Of a DNA stretch of 64,000 bases, positions 15,177-26,643 are shown in pieces; the stretch's first letter is position 1, and every line of letters starts with the position of its first letter. The DNA comes from Fimbriimonadia bacterium (GTDB lineage: Bacteria; Armatimonadota; Fimbriimonadia; Fimbriimonadales; JABRVX01). The stretch is from the NCBI GenBank assembly GCA_041483895.1, contig JBGPGO010000013.1:1-64000 (forward strand), written 5' to 3'. The translations under genes were made by a program, and so were the position numbers. Below the pieces are notes generated by a model, which did not search any database, was not told the DNA's origin, and worked only from the letters and a program-made list of their open reading frames with translations.

Positions 15177-15963
15177 GGTTCAGCCGTTTACCACGTTGGC
15201 GGGAAAAGCTCCTGCCCTACTAGCGCTCTTGGCGACAACGCTCGTGCCGGCATTTGCCGACAACCCGACGACGATCCAGATCCCCGACTCGCTCGTCAAG
15301 TTCGACCTCATCTCCATCCCCGCCGGAAAGATCACCCTCGCAGGCAAAGAAGTGGAGATCAAGCCATTCAAGCTGGAAAAGACCGAAGTCACGTGGGATG
15401 AGTACGACATCTGGGCGTTTCGCTTCGACCTGACCCCGGAGCAACAGGCCAAAGGCGTCGATGCCCAATCGAGACCGAGCCGACCCTATCTGCCGCCCGA
15501 CCGAGGCTGGGGCCACAAGGGCTGGCCCGCCGGCAGCGTCGCATACAACGCTGCGGAAATGTACTGCAAATGGCTGTCGGCCAAAGTCGGCAAGAAATTC
15601 CGCCTGCCGACCGAAGCCGAATGGGAATATGCCTGCCGGGCGGGCGCGGACGCTGGCGACGCAGCCAAGGCATCCTGGTTCCGGGATGACGCGGAGATAA
15701 AGACCCACGAAGTGGCCAAGAAGGACGCCAACGCGTGGGGTCTCTACGACATGATCGGCAATGTCGCGGAGTGGGTAAGGGGGCAGGACGGCAAACCTAT
15801 CCTATGCGGCGGATCCTATAAAGATGAGGCGCAGGAGATTGGACCCGCGGCGCGAAAGAAATATGATATCACTTGGCAGACAAGCGACCCACAGAGCCCA
15901 AAAAGCAAATGGTGGCTCTCCGACGGACCGTTCGCGGGCTTCCGGGTCGTATGTGAGGAGTAA
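15175..15963 (+). CDS. Secreted FGE-sulfatase (SUMF1/EgtB-type) fold protein
   Basis: RLPTEAEWEYACRAG, NAWGLYDMIGNVAEW, GFRV; signal peptide; lacks the catalytic Cys pair after GGS. Confidence 0.88.
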   Translation: MVQPFTTLAGKAPALLALLATTLVPAFADNPTTIQIPDSLVKFDLISIPAGKITLAGKEVEIKPFKLEKTEVTWDEYDIWAFRFDLTPEQQAKGVDAQSRPSRPYLPPDRGWGHKGWPAGSVAYNAAEMYCKWLSAKVGKKFRLPTEAEWEYACRAGADAGDAAKASWFRDDAEIKTHEVAKKDANAWGLYDMIGNVAEWVRGQDGKPILCGGSYKDEAQEIGPAARKKYDITWQTSDPQSPKSKWWLSDGPFAGFRVVCEE

Positions 15964-15966
15964 GCC

Positions 15967-17244
15967 ATGAAGAAAGATTTAACCCGTCGCGAGTTCATCA
16001 AGGGTTCCGCAGCGGCGGCCAGCCTGACCGCGCTCGGCCTTCCAAAGAAGAACTATGCCTGGACAGCGGGCTCCGACAAGCTCAAAATTGCCCTAGTCGG
16101 CTGCGGCGGCCGAGGTACCGGAGCCGCCCGTGACTGCCTGACCAGTTCGGAAGGCGTCGAGATCATCGCCCTGGGGGACCTTTTCAAAGAAAGGCTCGAC
16201 AGTTGCCGCGCCAATCTCCAGGACCTGGGCGACAAGGTCAAGATCATCGACAACAAGTGCTTCACCGGATTCAACGCATTTGAATACGTTTTGATGAGCG
16301 GACCGGACATTGTGCTTTGCGCGACCCCGCCCGGGTTCCGCCCATTCCACGTCCGTGCCGCGATCGAGGCAGGCAAGCACGTGTTTATGGAAAAGCCGAT
16401 CGCCACCTGTCCGACCGGCGTCCGGCACGTGATGGAAACGGCGAAAATGGCGGACTCGAAAGGTCTTGGGATGCTGGCTGGTACGCAGTATCGCCACCAC
16501 GGCGGCTACCAAGAGATCATGAACCGCATCCACAAGGGCGAAATCGGAAAGCTGACAATCTGCAATGCCTATTACATGATGGGCCAATTGTGGAACGTGC
16601 CCCGCAAGCCCGGCATGTCCGATATCGAGTGGCAGATCAAGAACTGGCTGTATTTCACCTGGCTGTCCGCGGACCAGCCGGCCGAGCAGTTCATCCACAA
16701 CCTGGACATCATGAACTGGGTCAACGAATCCCACCCGGCGAAGGTAAACGCCCTGGGCGGACGCCAGGTCCGTACCGACCCGGCCTTCGGTGGTGTATAT
16801 GATCACTTTGCCATCGAATACGAATATCCGAGCGGCGCAAAAGTGCATGGGCAATGCCGCCAGATGGACAACTGCTTCAACAAGGTGTGCAACTACTTTA
16901 TCGGCACCGAGGGGAGCGCCTATACCGAAGGCTTCAACGACCCGGTAGGCTGGATCAAGAAGGGCGACAAGATCGATTATGTCGGCGGGAAGTTCAGCCC
17001 TTACGTCCAGGAGCATGGGGACTTTATCAAGAGTCTGCGCGACGGCAAGCCGCTCAACGAGGGGCAGCAGGTCGCGGAAAGCACGCTGACATGCATCATG
17101 GGTAGGATGGCCGCATACACCGGCCAAGAGATCACGTGGGAGCAGGCCCTCAATTCCAAACTTGACCTAATGCGGGATATCCGCTCGTTCGGACCGATGG
17201 AATGCGACGCGGTCGCAATGCCCGGCCGAACGCCGCTGATTTAG
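15967..17244 (+). CDS. Gfo/Idh/MocA oxidoreductase with Tat signal
   Basis: TRREFIK twin-arginine motif; VGCGGRG; HVFMEKP. Confidence 0.92.
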   Translation: MKKDLTRREFIKGSAAAASLTALGLPKKNYAWTAGSDKLKIALVGCGGRGTGAARDCLTSSEGVEIIALGDLFKERLDSCRANLQDLGDKVKIIDNKCFTGFNAFEYVLMSGPDIVLCATPPGFRPFHVRAAIEAGKHVFMEKPIATCPTGVRHVMETAKMADSKGLGMLAGTQYRHHGGYQEIMNRIHKGEIGKLTICNAYYMMGQLWNVPRKPGMSDIEWQIKNWLYFTWLSADQPAEQFIHNLDIMNWVNESHPAKVNALGGRQVRTDPAFGGVYDHFAIEYEYPSGAKVHGQCRQMDNCFNKVCNYFIGTEGSAYTEGFNDPVGWIKKGDKIDYVGGKFSPYVQEHGDFIKSLRDGKPLNEGQQVAESTLTCIMGRMAAYTGQEITWEQALNSKLDLMRDIRSFGPMECDAVAMPGRTPLI

Positions 17245-17257
17245 GAGAGGTGCAGAG

Positions 17258-18433
<1,176 letters not shown>

Positions 18434-18458
18434 CAATTCGAAAAATGAGGTGAAAAGT

Positions 18459-19169
18459 ATGAAGACAACGATTTCGATCCTTGCTATGTTGGCGGCCTGT
18501 GCCGTCGGCTTCGGCCAAACCCAAGTCCAGCCTGGGAAAGTTCTTCCCAACCTGAAGCTCGGCAAAGCGATCAAGCTGTTCAACGAAAAGGATATGACCG
18601 GCTGGACCTACTGCCTCACGGATCCGAACGTGAAGATGGAAGACGTGTGGCACGTGGATACAAGAGAGAAATCCATTGTCTGCAAAGGCACGCCCAACGG
18701 CTACATCCGCACGACCACCGACTACACCAACTTCATTCTTAAGCTGGAATGGCGCTGGCCCGACCCCAAGAACGCGGTCAACAGCGGCGTGCTGCTCCGA
18801 ATGGTAGGACCGGACAAGGTGTGGCCAAAAAGCATTGAGGCGCAGCTCATGACCGGAACCGCTGGCGATTTCTTCCTGATCGATGGCGAGAAGCTCGTAA
18901 CCCCTCCCGACCACCCGAACAAGCTCAACGGCATCTACCAACAGCGCGTCAAGACGGCGGAAAAACCGATGGGCGAATGGAACGACTATGAAATAATCGT
19001 CAACGGCGGCGAGATTATTCTGAAGATCAACGGTGAGCTCGTCAATCACGGCCTCGAAGCGGAAGAGGTAGCAGGAAAGATCTGCCTTCAGTCCGAGGGC
19101 GGCGAAATCCATTTCCGCAACATCCGCCTCTATCCGATCATGCGGCCGGCACCGCCTGCGGGAAAATAG
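18459..19169 (+). CDS. DUF1080 / 3-keto-disaccharide hydrolase family secreted protein
   Basis: LFNEKDMTGW, NSGV, GEWNDYEI, GKICLQSEG, FRNIR; signal peptide. Confidence 0.88.
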   Translation: MKTTISILAMLAACAVGFGQTQVQPGKVLPNLKLGKAIKLFNEKDMTGWTYCLTDPNVKMEDVWHVDTREKSIVCKGTPNGYIRTTTDYTNFILKLEWRWPDPKNAVNSGVLLRMVGPDKVWPKSIEAQLMTGTAGDFFLIDGEKLVTPPDHPNKLNGIYQQRVKTAEKPMGEWNDYEIIVNGGEIILKINGELVNHGLEAEEVAGKICLQSEGGEIHFRNIRLYPIMRPAPPAGK

Positions 19170-19188
19170 GACAGCAGCAGGATTAACT

Positions 19189-20511
19189 ATGCTAGCGGCG
19201 CTTGTAGCAGTCCTCCTTCTGCCAATCGCGGTTTTCGGCGAAGCACCTTCGTTGTCGGATGTGCTGCTGACCGATAAGGACGCCTTCCTCCTGCTAGCTC
19301 CGGAACTCATCGCCGCGCCGACCGTCAAAATAGTCGCGGCGTCGGCGAACGGCAAGTACATTCTTGCAGTGCGCGAAGAGTTGCGGATCCGGCCAAATAT
19401 GGTGTTGGGAGCGCAGCCGCTCCCATCCGTCCCAACCACTTCCCTTGTGGCATACGACGCAGAGAAGGGCGTGACGAAAGAAATTTGGAAGTCCGTGGAC
19501 AGCGCGGTGAAAGTCGTGGAAATGGCCTGGATGCCGGGCACTAACAATGCCTTCGTCCTAGTTCTCAGGGCACCGGCACCAGATGCGCAATCGCCAGGCA
19601 CGTTCACACTCCTACGCATTAGCCGAATGATGATCTCATACCAGTACGACTCAAAGCCAAATGAATCGATCGAGTTGGAAGTCTCGCCTGATTCGCCATG
19701 CGCCTACGTAGAGCTGTTCCCTTCAGCGGGAGCCTGGGACCCACCCTCAATACAGCATTGGGTGTTTGATGTAAAAGGCGAGAAACCGTTGCCTCTGAAA
19801 ATTCATCCAGCCGAATCCGTCACATTCTTGCGATGGCAGTCCGGAGCGACCGCGCTCTTTGCGGAACAGTTCCTTAACGCTCCGACCCAAGAGAATCGCC
19901 CAGCACTAAAGTGTCTCGTGCTCGATTTACTGACCGGCGAATCCAGTGAATGCGACTCGCCGCCGCCACCCGTCGCAGAAACGACGAAGCCACTCTTGCC
20001 GCTGGAGATCGGGGCTGGGACGATTCCGATCTCCGGCGGCGACAACCCGGCCGCGGCGAAAGTTGTTTGGCTTGGGGTTCGAGGAAAGTCCAGTGGCCCG
20101 AAGCTGACCGTTTGCACCGATGCGGAAGACGGGCAGATCATCGGCGACTGCGGCGCAATCGTTTACCACTCTCAGGGAGCGTTGTGGATCCGCCCGATTG
20201 CCCGCACATCCCGCGACCAATACGAGCAGGCCGCAATCGCCGCAAAAAAGACCGAAGCGCTCTCCACCGGCAAACAGATCGGCATTGCCATCGTGATGTT
20301 CGCATCGGACAACGATGACGCCATCCCCGGGGCCGCCTCGTTCCATGATGACGTCTTGCCCTACCTCAAGACCGGATCGCTGCTCGATAACTTCGTGTAC
20401 ACAGGGTCCGGCGGTACCATCGCGCCGACCATGGAGTTAGGCTACATTCCCAGTCCCGGCGGCCGCGCGGTGCTCTTCGGCGACGGGCATGTGGAGTGGA
20501 AAGCCGACTAG
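19189..20511 (+). CDS. Secreted protein with C-terminal DUF1559/H-X9-DG-like domain
   Basis: Signal peptide; KQIGIAIVMFASDNDD and RAVLFGDGHVEW. Confidence 0.7.
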   Translation: MLAALVAVLLLPIAVFGEAPSLSDVLLTDKDAFLLLAPELIAAPTVKIVAASANGKYILAVREELRIRPNMVLGAQPLPSVPTTSLVAYDAEKGVTKEIWKSVDSAVKVVEMAWMPGTNNAFVLVLRAPAPDAQSPGTFTLLRISRMMISYQYDSKPNESIELEVSPDSPCAYVELFPSAGAWDPPSIQHWVFDVKGEKPLPLKIHPAESVTFLRWQSGATALFAEQFLNAPTQENRPALKCLVLDLLTGESSECDSPPPPVAETTKPLLPLEIGAGTIPISGGDNPAAAKVVWLGVRGKSSGPKLTVCTDAEDGQIIGDCGAIVYHSQGALWIRPIARTSRDQYEQAAIAAKKTEALSTGKQIGIAIVMFASDNDDAIPGAASFHDDVLPYLKTGSLLDNFVYTGSGGTIAPTMELGYIPSPGGRAVLFGDGHVEWKAD

Positions 20512-20573
20512 CTTTTCACCGCGGCAATCAGCCCGGCCTTCGTCTGAAACGTCAGCTACTTGCCCGATGTTTT

Positions 20574-20721
20574 ATCCCTTCACAGTCGTACTGTGAAGGG
20601 GTTGGCTTCGATCTCCCCCGATGTGTTGGGGTCCTCGTCTACCGGAACCTTCCGAACGCCACCCAACCCCAGACACCAACACCGCCGGGATCTGCCCTTC
20701 ACAGTACGACTGTGAAGGGAT
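20574..20721. repeat. REPIN/MITE-like element bounded by 27-bp exact inverted palindromic units
   Basis: 20574-20600 (atcccttcacagtcgtactgtgaaggg) is the exact reverse complement of 20695-20721; lies between convergent genes. Confidence 0.85.
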
Positions 20722-20726
20722 GAATA

Positions 20727-22451
20727 CTAGTCGTCCACCAGTTCGGGATCGAGATGTTTCGGGACCTCGAACCAGAAGGTCGAGCCCTTGCCGACCTCCG
20801 ACTCCGCCCAAATGCGCCCCTGATGAATAACCTCCACGAGGTGCTTCACCAAGAACAGGCCCAATCCCGTCCCGTACACCTTCCGGTTATCCCGATTGTC
20901 CACGCGGTGGAACTTTTCGAAGACCTTGGCGAGATGCTCCTTCGGAATGCCCATTCCTTGGTCGGAGATTCCAAATCGAATCGCATCCGGAAGGTCCTCA
21001 ATGATGAGGTGCACCTCGCCACCGCCGGGCGAGTACTTGATGGCATTGTTGATCAGGTTCGTAAGAATCTGATCCAGCTTATCCTCGTCCGCTGTAATCT
21101 TGGGCAGTTCAGCGGGCGCATCTAAGAACAGAGTGTGCCGGTGGGTGGACTGCTTCTGGATCATGACCACCTTCTGCGCAAGCTCCCGCACGCTGACCTG
21201 AGAATACGAAGGCTTCAGGGATTCTCCGGCCTCGATGCGGGCGATGTTGAGCAGGTCGTTGATCAGCCGGGTCAGGCGGTCGCATTCGGAATCGATGATG
21301 CCGTAGAACTCCCGCCGTTCGACCTCCTCGAAGCCCGTATCATCCATCAGCAGCGTGGAAACGAACCCCTTGATGGCAGTGAGCGGGGTTCGGAGCTCGT
21401 GGGAAACGGTCGCGACGAAGGCTGACTTCATCCGCTCGATGTTCCGGATCTCCGTAATATCGTTGAAGATGCAGACGATGCCCATCGGTTTGCCCTCTTC
21501 GCTCTTTACGGTAGCCGATTGGCATTGATAGACATGCTCGTGGCCGTCGGCATTAATTGTCAGTTCGGCGGTTGATCCGGCCTCGCCCTCGTCCTTCGCC
21601 ATATTATCCAAACCGAGACGGAACAGCTCGACGGCGCCCTCATGCTGGAACACATCCTTGTAATGCTTGCTGTCCAAGGTCCCAGAAATGCCGAACATGG
21701 CGCGTGCGGAAGCATTCAACTGGGCGACTCGGCCATCCTTGTTCACAAGCACGAGCCCTGCATATAGGCTCTCGATGGTCTGGAGCAGCTCCTTGCGCTC
21801 TTCCACCACCTCTTGGTAGATGCGCATGTTAGTGATGACGGCTGCGAGGCTGCTGGCAAGACGTTCGAGCAGACGCACGTCTTCGTCGTTGAACTCTTCA
21901 CCGTGGCGCTTGTTCCAGACGTGCAGCACGCCGATCGTCTGCCGATCGATCACGCGATTTTGGTCATCCCTCTTGATGACGATGAGGGGGACCGCAACGC
22001 CATTGACCACGTTAAAGTACGCCACTTGGTCCTTCAGCGTCCGGGCATCGCGTACCGCATCCAAGAATATCTCGGGCCTGCCCTCGCGGAAAACGACGCC
22101 GGAAATTCCTTGGGTCGCCCGAATGCGAAACGTCTTCAGGTGATCCTCATCCACCCCGTAGGCCGGAGGCTTGGCGACCAATTCGCCGGATTCCCGATCG
22201 TACAACATCCAAACGGTCTTTTCGGCCTGGAGGATCATGGCGATGCGCTGGACGAGCCGCCGCAGCGTCGTCTCCATCTCGTCCAGCGGCGTGGTTTCCA
22301 GACCGGTGTCGGGACCGCCCTTTGCGGCGCTCGCAGAATCCAGCTTTTCCTGGAGGTCCGCAATCGTGCGGTTTGCCTCTTCCAACTGCTCGCGCAGGCC
22401 GGCAATCAGCTCGTTTGGGTCTTCGGGAAATGAATTCTCACTAACAACCAT
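20727..22451 (-). CDS. Cytoplasmic GAF-PAS sensor histidine kinase
   Basis: SHELRTPL (H box), NLINNAIKY (N), DQGMGI (G1), GTGLGL (G2); N-terminal coiled coil, GAF and PAS. Confidence 0.93.
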   Translation of the reverse strand: MVVSENSFPEDPNELIAGLREQLEEANRTIADLQEKLDSASAAKGGPDTGLETTPLDEMETTLRRLVQRIAMILQAEKTVWMLYDRESGELVAKPPAYGVDEDHLKTFRIRATQGISGVVFREGRPEIFLDAVRDARTLKDQVAYFNVVNGVAVPLIVIKRDDQNRVIDRQTIGVLHVWNKRHGEEFNDEDVRLLERLASSLAAVITNMRIYQEVVEERKELLQTIESLYAGLVLVNKDGRVAQLNASARAMFGISGTLDSKHYKDVFQHEGAVELFRLGLDNMAKDEGEAGSTAELTINADGHEHVYQCQSATVKSEEGKPMGIVCIFNDITEIRNIERMKSAFVATVSHELRTPLTAIKGFVSTLLMDDTGFEEVERREFYGIIDSECDRLTRLINDLLNIARIEAGESLKPSYSQVSVRELAQKVVMIQKQSTHRHTLFLDAPAELPKITADEDKLDQILTNLINNAIKYSPGGGEVHLIIEDLPDAIRFGISDQGMGIPKEHLAKVFEKFHRVDNRDNRKVYGTGLGLFLVKHLVEVIHQGRIWAESEVGKGSTFWFEVPKHLDPELVDD

Positions 22452-22951
22452 ACTAGGAAATCGCTCCAAGGGATAGCCAATCCGGATTCGCCGCCGTCAA
22501 CGTGATGACGCATTATACTCGCCAGAGTTGGCCTCCGGGCAACCGAATCCGGTAGTCGATGATAGACTCCTGGTGATATTTTCGGCGAACCAAGAAACGA
22601 ATCTTCCCTTCCATTTGAACCGAGCAGAGGCCTGGGGCTTGCCTTACCCAGCGATTTTCCCTAAAAAAGTGAGCTTTTTCGGATGCATTTTCCCAATTGT
22701 CCTGTATAATGTGTGCAGGCTTGGTTTAAGAAAGCCAACTCTTCTATTGCTTTGCTTCTTTTCGTCCCCTCCTAACGTGGTTGCGGTTTAGTGCGCGCCA
22801 TGCTCACTGGCCAAAGCGGAATCATGTCCATGCTTGTTGGGCGTTCGGTAGGCGCGGTTCTCCGCAAATACGGCCTGCGGCGTGGGGTGTGCTCTGTCGC
22901 ACCACGTTTGTTACATTTGGGTTTGCAAACCATCGAAAAGGAAGGGTTGTT

Positions 22952-23632
22952 ATGAGATTAAACAGAATCGCGAAGCACGTGGCTGCTTTTGGAGCCTTGT
23001 TCTGCTTTATTTCCCTCGCGATTGCTTCTCCGTCCTACACTGACCCGAGCGGATCGAACCCGGATCTCACGTTCTACAATCCCGGCGGCGCCGCCGGCGA
23101 CTTCGTAGACTTGGTCCCCGGGCCGGATTCCGTTGGTACGGTTAAACTTGGATTCTGGGTCTTCAAGACGTCAGACGATTCAGGATTCTATTATGCGTAC
23201 CAGTTGGTCAACATCGACGCCGGTTCGGTCGCTAACGGGCCGAGCACCGCTTCGCTGAAGATCTTCGATCTCGCCGAAATCGCTCCGCACGACGTGTTTG
23301 GTAATGGTGGCGGGCGCCACGGTGGCGCCTTCTACACCGCGTGGTTGTACGGCGGCGACAATACGACGGAGGCATTGTGGATCGGCAACGCGGCAATCGG
23401 CATCGATCCCGGCGAAAGCTCTCCGACGGTACCAGACACCGCTCCGATGTTCGAACTTTACAGCGGCTATGGCCCTGGCGACGGCATCCTGCATGTGACC
23501 ACCACATCCGGTGGTGGCTACACAGGGCAGTCGATCAGCGTATGGATGCCGATCGTTCCGGAGCCGAGCACGGTTGCAGGATTGCTGACCGGAGGGCTCG
23601 CCCTCCTTGGTCTGCGACGCCGAAGCAAGTAA
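22952..23632 (+). CDS. PEP-CTERM sorting-domain protein
   Basis: Signal peptide; C-terminal VPEPSTVAGLLTGGLALLGLRRRSK. Confidence 0.88.
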   Translation: MRLNRIAKHVAAFGALFCFISLAIASPSYTDPSGSNPDLTFYNPGGAAGDFVDLVPGPDSVGTVKLGFWVFKTSDDSGFYYAYQLVNIDAGSVANGPSTASLKIFDLAEIAPHDVFGNGGGRHGGAFYTAWLYGGDNTTEALWIGNAAIGIDPGESSPTVPDTAPMFELYSGYGPGDGILHVTTTSGGGYTGQSISVWMPIVPEPSTVAGLLTGGLALLGLRRRSK

Positions 23633-23656
23633 CGCGTTATCAAGGATAAGCGTATT

Positions 23657-23683
23657 GGGCCGTTCCTTTCGGAGCGGCCCTTT
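23657..23683 (+). terminator. Probable intrinsic terminator
   Basis: gggccgttcc-tttc-ggagcggccc followed by ttt, between convergent genes. Confidence 0.6.
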
Positions 23684-23692
23684 CGATTCGTG

Positions 23693-24772
23693 TCACGGAC
23701 GATTGGTTCGTTGGCGCAACGCCGCGTCCATGAGAACCAGCGCCATCATCGCCTCAACGATGGGAACCGCCCGAGGAAGGACGCAGGGATCGTGCCGTCC
23801 CTTTGGCTTGAACACAGTTGGCTGCCGATCCCGAGTCACAGTTTCCTGCTCGCGCATTATCGTGGCCGTGGGCTTGAACGCCGCCCGAACTACGATCGGC
23901 TCTCCGTTGCTGATGCCACCTTGTATCCCGCCGGAGTAGTTCGTCCGAGTATGAACCTCGCCCTGGTCGGCATAGAACGGATCGTTGTGGCTGGACCCGG
24001 TCATCAGCGTGCCGCCAAATCCGGAGCCGATCTCAAATCCCTTGCACGCCGGGATGCTCAGCATGGCTTTGGCAAGGTCCGCCTCCAATTTGTCGAACAC
24101 CGGATCCCCGAGGCCGGGCGGGACTCCCGTCGCCACCGCCCGCACCACGCCGCCGAGGGAATCGCCGTCCTTGCGCGCCGCGACGATGGCCTCCTCAATC
24201 GATCGTGCCACTTCCGGGTCCGGGCAGCGCGTCGGCGTCGCCTCAACCATTTCCATCGTGACGGTGAGCGGATCGATATCCGTTCGCAGAGACCCCACGC
24301 TTTCCACATATCCGCAAATGCCCACGCCAAGCTGCTGGCGCAGCCATTTCCTTGCAATCGCTCCGGCGGCGACCCGTCCGATCGTCTCGCGGGCGCTCGC
24401 CCTTCCCCCGCCCTGCCACGCCCGCACCCCATATTTGGCATCGTAGGTGTAATCGGCGTGACTGGGACGATACAGCTCCTTCAGATCCTCGTAGTCCTTC
24501 GCCCGCGCGTCCTTGTTGTGGACGATGAGCAGAATCGGCGTCCCTAGCGACACGCCCTCGGAAACGCCGGAAAGGATCTGAACCTGATCCTCCTCGTTGC
24601 GCTGAGAGACCAGGTTGCTCTGGCCTGGCCGGCGGCGGTCCAATTCCGGCTGAATATCGGCTTCGGAAAGCTCCAACATGGGCGGACAGCCGTCGACGAC
24701 CACGCCGACCGCCCCGCCGTGGGACTCTCCGAAAGTGCTGATGCGAAACAGAGTGCCGAAGCTGCTGCCCAT
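23693..24772 (-). CDS. aroC: Chorismate synthase
   Basis: [39 protein letters not shown]. Confidence 0.97.
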   Translation of the reverse strand: MGSSFGTLFRISTFGESHGGAVGVVVDGCPPMLELSEADIQPELDRRRPGQSNLVSQRNEEDQVQILSGVSEGVSLGTPILLIVHNKDARAKDYEDLKELYRPSHADYTYDAKYGVRAWQGGGRASARETIGRVAAGAIARKWLRQQLGVGICGYVESVGSLRTDIDPLTVTMEMVEATPTRCPDPEVARSIEEAIVAARKDGDSLGGVVRAVATGVPPGLGDPVFDKLEADLAKAMLSIPACKGFEIGSGFGGTLMTGSSHNDPFYADQGEVHTRTNYSGGIQGGISNGEPIVVRAAFKPTATIMREQETVTRDRQPTVFKPKGRHDPCVLPRAVPIVEAMMALVLMDAALRQRTNRP

Positions 24773-24800
24773 ACAATCATTCTAGCCCGAAAACCCCTCC

Positions 24801-24827
24801 CCCCGTAACGCCGGCTTCCAGCCGGCA
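24801..24827. repeat. REP-like palindrome CGTAACGCCGGCTTCCAGCCGGC (intergenic copy)
   Basis: 27 nt identical to 26014-26040 inside purA. Confidence 0.8.
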
Positions 24828-24853
24828 AAGACAATCAGCGCGCAGAATTAGGA

Positions 24854-24891
24854 CCCCCACCCCAACCCTCCCCCGCAAGCGGGGGAGGGGG
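24854..24891. repeat. CCCCACCCCAACCCTCCCCCGC-AA-GCGGGGGAGGG palindromic repeat
   Basis: 11-bp perfect inverted arms at 24866-24876 and 24879-24889; resembles a widespread intergenic repeat type. Confidence 0.65.
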
Positions 24892-24951
24892 CCGCAGGCG
24901 CTCCTGGTTGCGAGGTATCATAGCCGAGCGGAAATTCCAGGGAGTTGACAA

Positions 24952-26286
24952 GTGCCTACGTTGGTTGTTGTCGGAGCGCAATGGGGAGACGAGGCTAAGG
25001 GTAAGGTGGTGGACCTGCTCTGCGAGCGCGCGCATCTGGTCGTCCGCTTCACAGGGGGCCACAACGCCGGCCACACGGTTCTCGCGGGCGGCAGGCTGCT
25101 GAAATTCCATCTTCTCCCGGCGGGAATGCTCTGGCCGGACATCCAAGGAGTTATGACCTCCGGCGTGATGATCTGCCCGAAAACGCTGGCCAATGAGCTA
25201 GACGGCTTCCCGGACATCACACCCGACCGCCTAGTCATTTCCAAGGCGGCTCAGATCGTTTTTTCCTACCACGCCCTCCTAGACGGGGCGGAAGAAGAGG
25301 CCCGCGGTGCGCAAAAGCTCGGAACCACCAAGCGCGGCATCGGCCCATCCTATGTCGACAAAGTGGCGCGATGCGGAATGCGAATGGCGGAATTCATCAA
25401 CCCGGAGCGGCGGGAAACCAAGCTGCGATGGCTGCTGGAAGCCAAGAACGAGCATCTCGCGCGATTGGGGCAGACCCCCCTCGATACCACGGCGTTCCTG
25501 GCCGAATACGCAGGGTATGCCGACCGATTGAGGCCTTTTGTCGGCGAGGCGGAGCGGATCGTCACCGACGCGGTGGCCGCCGGAAAGAACGTGGTGTTCG
25601 AGGGTGCGCATGGGACGCTGCTGGACATTGACCTGGGCACCTACCCGTACGTCACGTCCTCGCACTGCACGGCCGGCGGGGCGACGAACGGCACCGGCAT
25701 CGGGCCGACCGCCATCAATAATGCGCTGGGAGTGGTCAAGGCCTACACGACGCGGGTGGGCGAGGGCCCTTTCCCCACAGAGCTTTGTTCCGACGATGCG
25801 GAACGGCTGCGGCAGGCGGGCAAAGAGTTCGGGACGACGACCGGCCGTCCGCGCCGTTGCGGCTGGCTGGACCTGGTGGGGTTGCGGTACGCCGTGGAGG
25901 TGAACGGCCTCACGTCCATCGCCGTCACTCGCCTGGATGTGCTTTCCGGCTACGACAAGCTGCCCGTCTGCGTCGCCTACCGCAAACGTAACGCCGGCTT
26001 CCAGCCGGCCCAGCCCCGTAACGCCGGCTTCCAGCCGGCATCCGACGTCATCGACCGCTTCCCCAACGACATCGCCGAGCTGGCCGAGTGCGAGCCGATC
26101 TACGAGACCGTCCCGGGCTGGACGGAAGACATCAGCGGATGCCGCACCGAGGCCGACCTGCCGGACGCGGTCCGTTTCTATCTGAAGTTCATCTCCGACC
26201 ACCTCGGCATCCCCGTCTCCCTCGCCAGCGTCGGCGCGGAACGCGAGGCCACGATCCTCATCCGCCCCGATCTGCTCGGCCGGTAG
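24952..26286 (+). CDS. purA: Adenylosuccinate synthetase
   Basis: GAQWGDEAKGK, GHNAGHT, GTTKRGIGP, EFGTTTGRPRRCGWLD. Confidence 0.97.
   Translation: MPTLVVVGAQWGDEAKGKVVDLLCERAHLVVRFTGGHNAGHTVLAGGRLLKFHLLPAGMLWPDIQGVMTSGVMICPKTLANELDGFPDITPDRLVISKAAQIVFSYHALLDGAEEEARGAQKLGTTKRGIGPSYVDKVARCGMRMAEFINPERRETKLRWLLEAKNEHLARLGQTPLDTTAFLAEYAGYADRLRPFVGEAERIVTDAVAAGKNVVFEGAHGTLLDIDLGTYPYVTSSHCTAGGATNGTGIGPTAINNALGVVKAYTTRVGEGPFPTELCSDDAERLRQAGKEFGTTTGRPRRCGWLDLVGLRYAVEVNGLTSIAVTRLDVLSGYDKLPVCVAYRKRNAGFQPAQPRNAGFQPASDVIDRFPNDIAELAECEPIYETVPGWTEDISGCRTEADLPDAVRFYLKFISDHLGIPVSLASVGAEREATILIRPDLLGR
25987..26039 (+). repeat. Two tandem REP-like palindromes in frame within purA
   Basis: cgtaacgccggcttccagccggc at 25987-26009 and 26017-26039 (30-nt period), encoding RNAGFQPA twice. 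Confidence 0.85.
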
Positions 26287-26295
26287 TTGCGGCAT

Positions 26296-26504
26296 CCCTC
26301 AATGGGGCCTCCTATTGAGGGAGTTCCGGGAGCCTGACTGCAACACAATCCCCAGAATGGTGTAAGATATCCACATGGAGTGCCCCGACCATTTCAAGTC
26401 CGTCGCCGAGACGGGAAGTTCATATTCGGCGGAGATGGCGACCGACGCCTTTTCAATCGCCAGGAAGGTTGCCGGACGCCCCTCAACTGGAGGACCTGTT
26501 GAGG
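26296..26504. repeat. Inverted pair of CCTCAACAGG-N4-CCTGTTGAGG palindromes (left doublet)
   Basis: Copies at 26296-26321 and 26481-26504 with opposite loop orientation. Confidence 0.75.
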
Positions 26505-26643
26505 AATGAAACACCTGTGCGACATTCCTTCATGAAGTCTCGCATTGTGGCGGAACGGAGGACATGGATGACAACAACCAAGATGACTGCAATGCGCAGA
26601 ACGTCGAAATCTGCATGCGTGAGTTCGTCTGCTAGGTAGCTGA

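Noticed and set aside
22705..22951. Riboswitch in the long leader of the PEP-CTERM gene (also upstream of 63522)
   Set aside because: No recognisable aptamer consensus by eye; an Rfam/Infernal scan would be needed.
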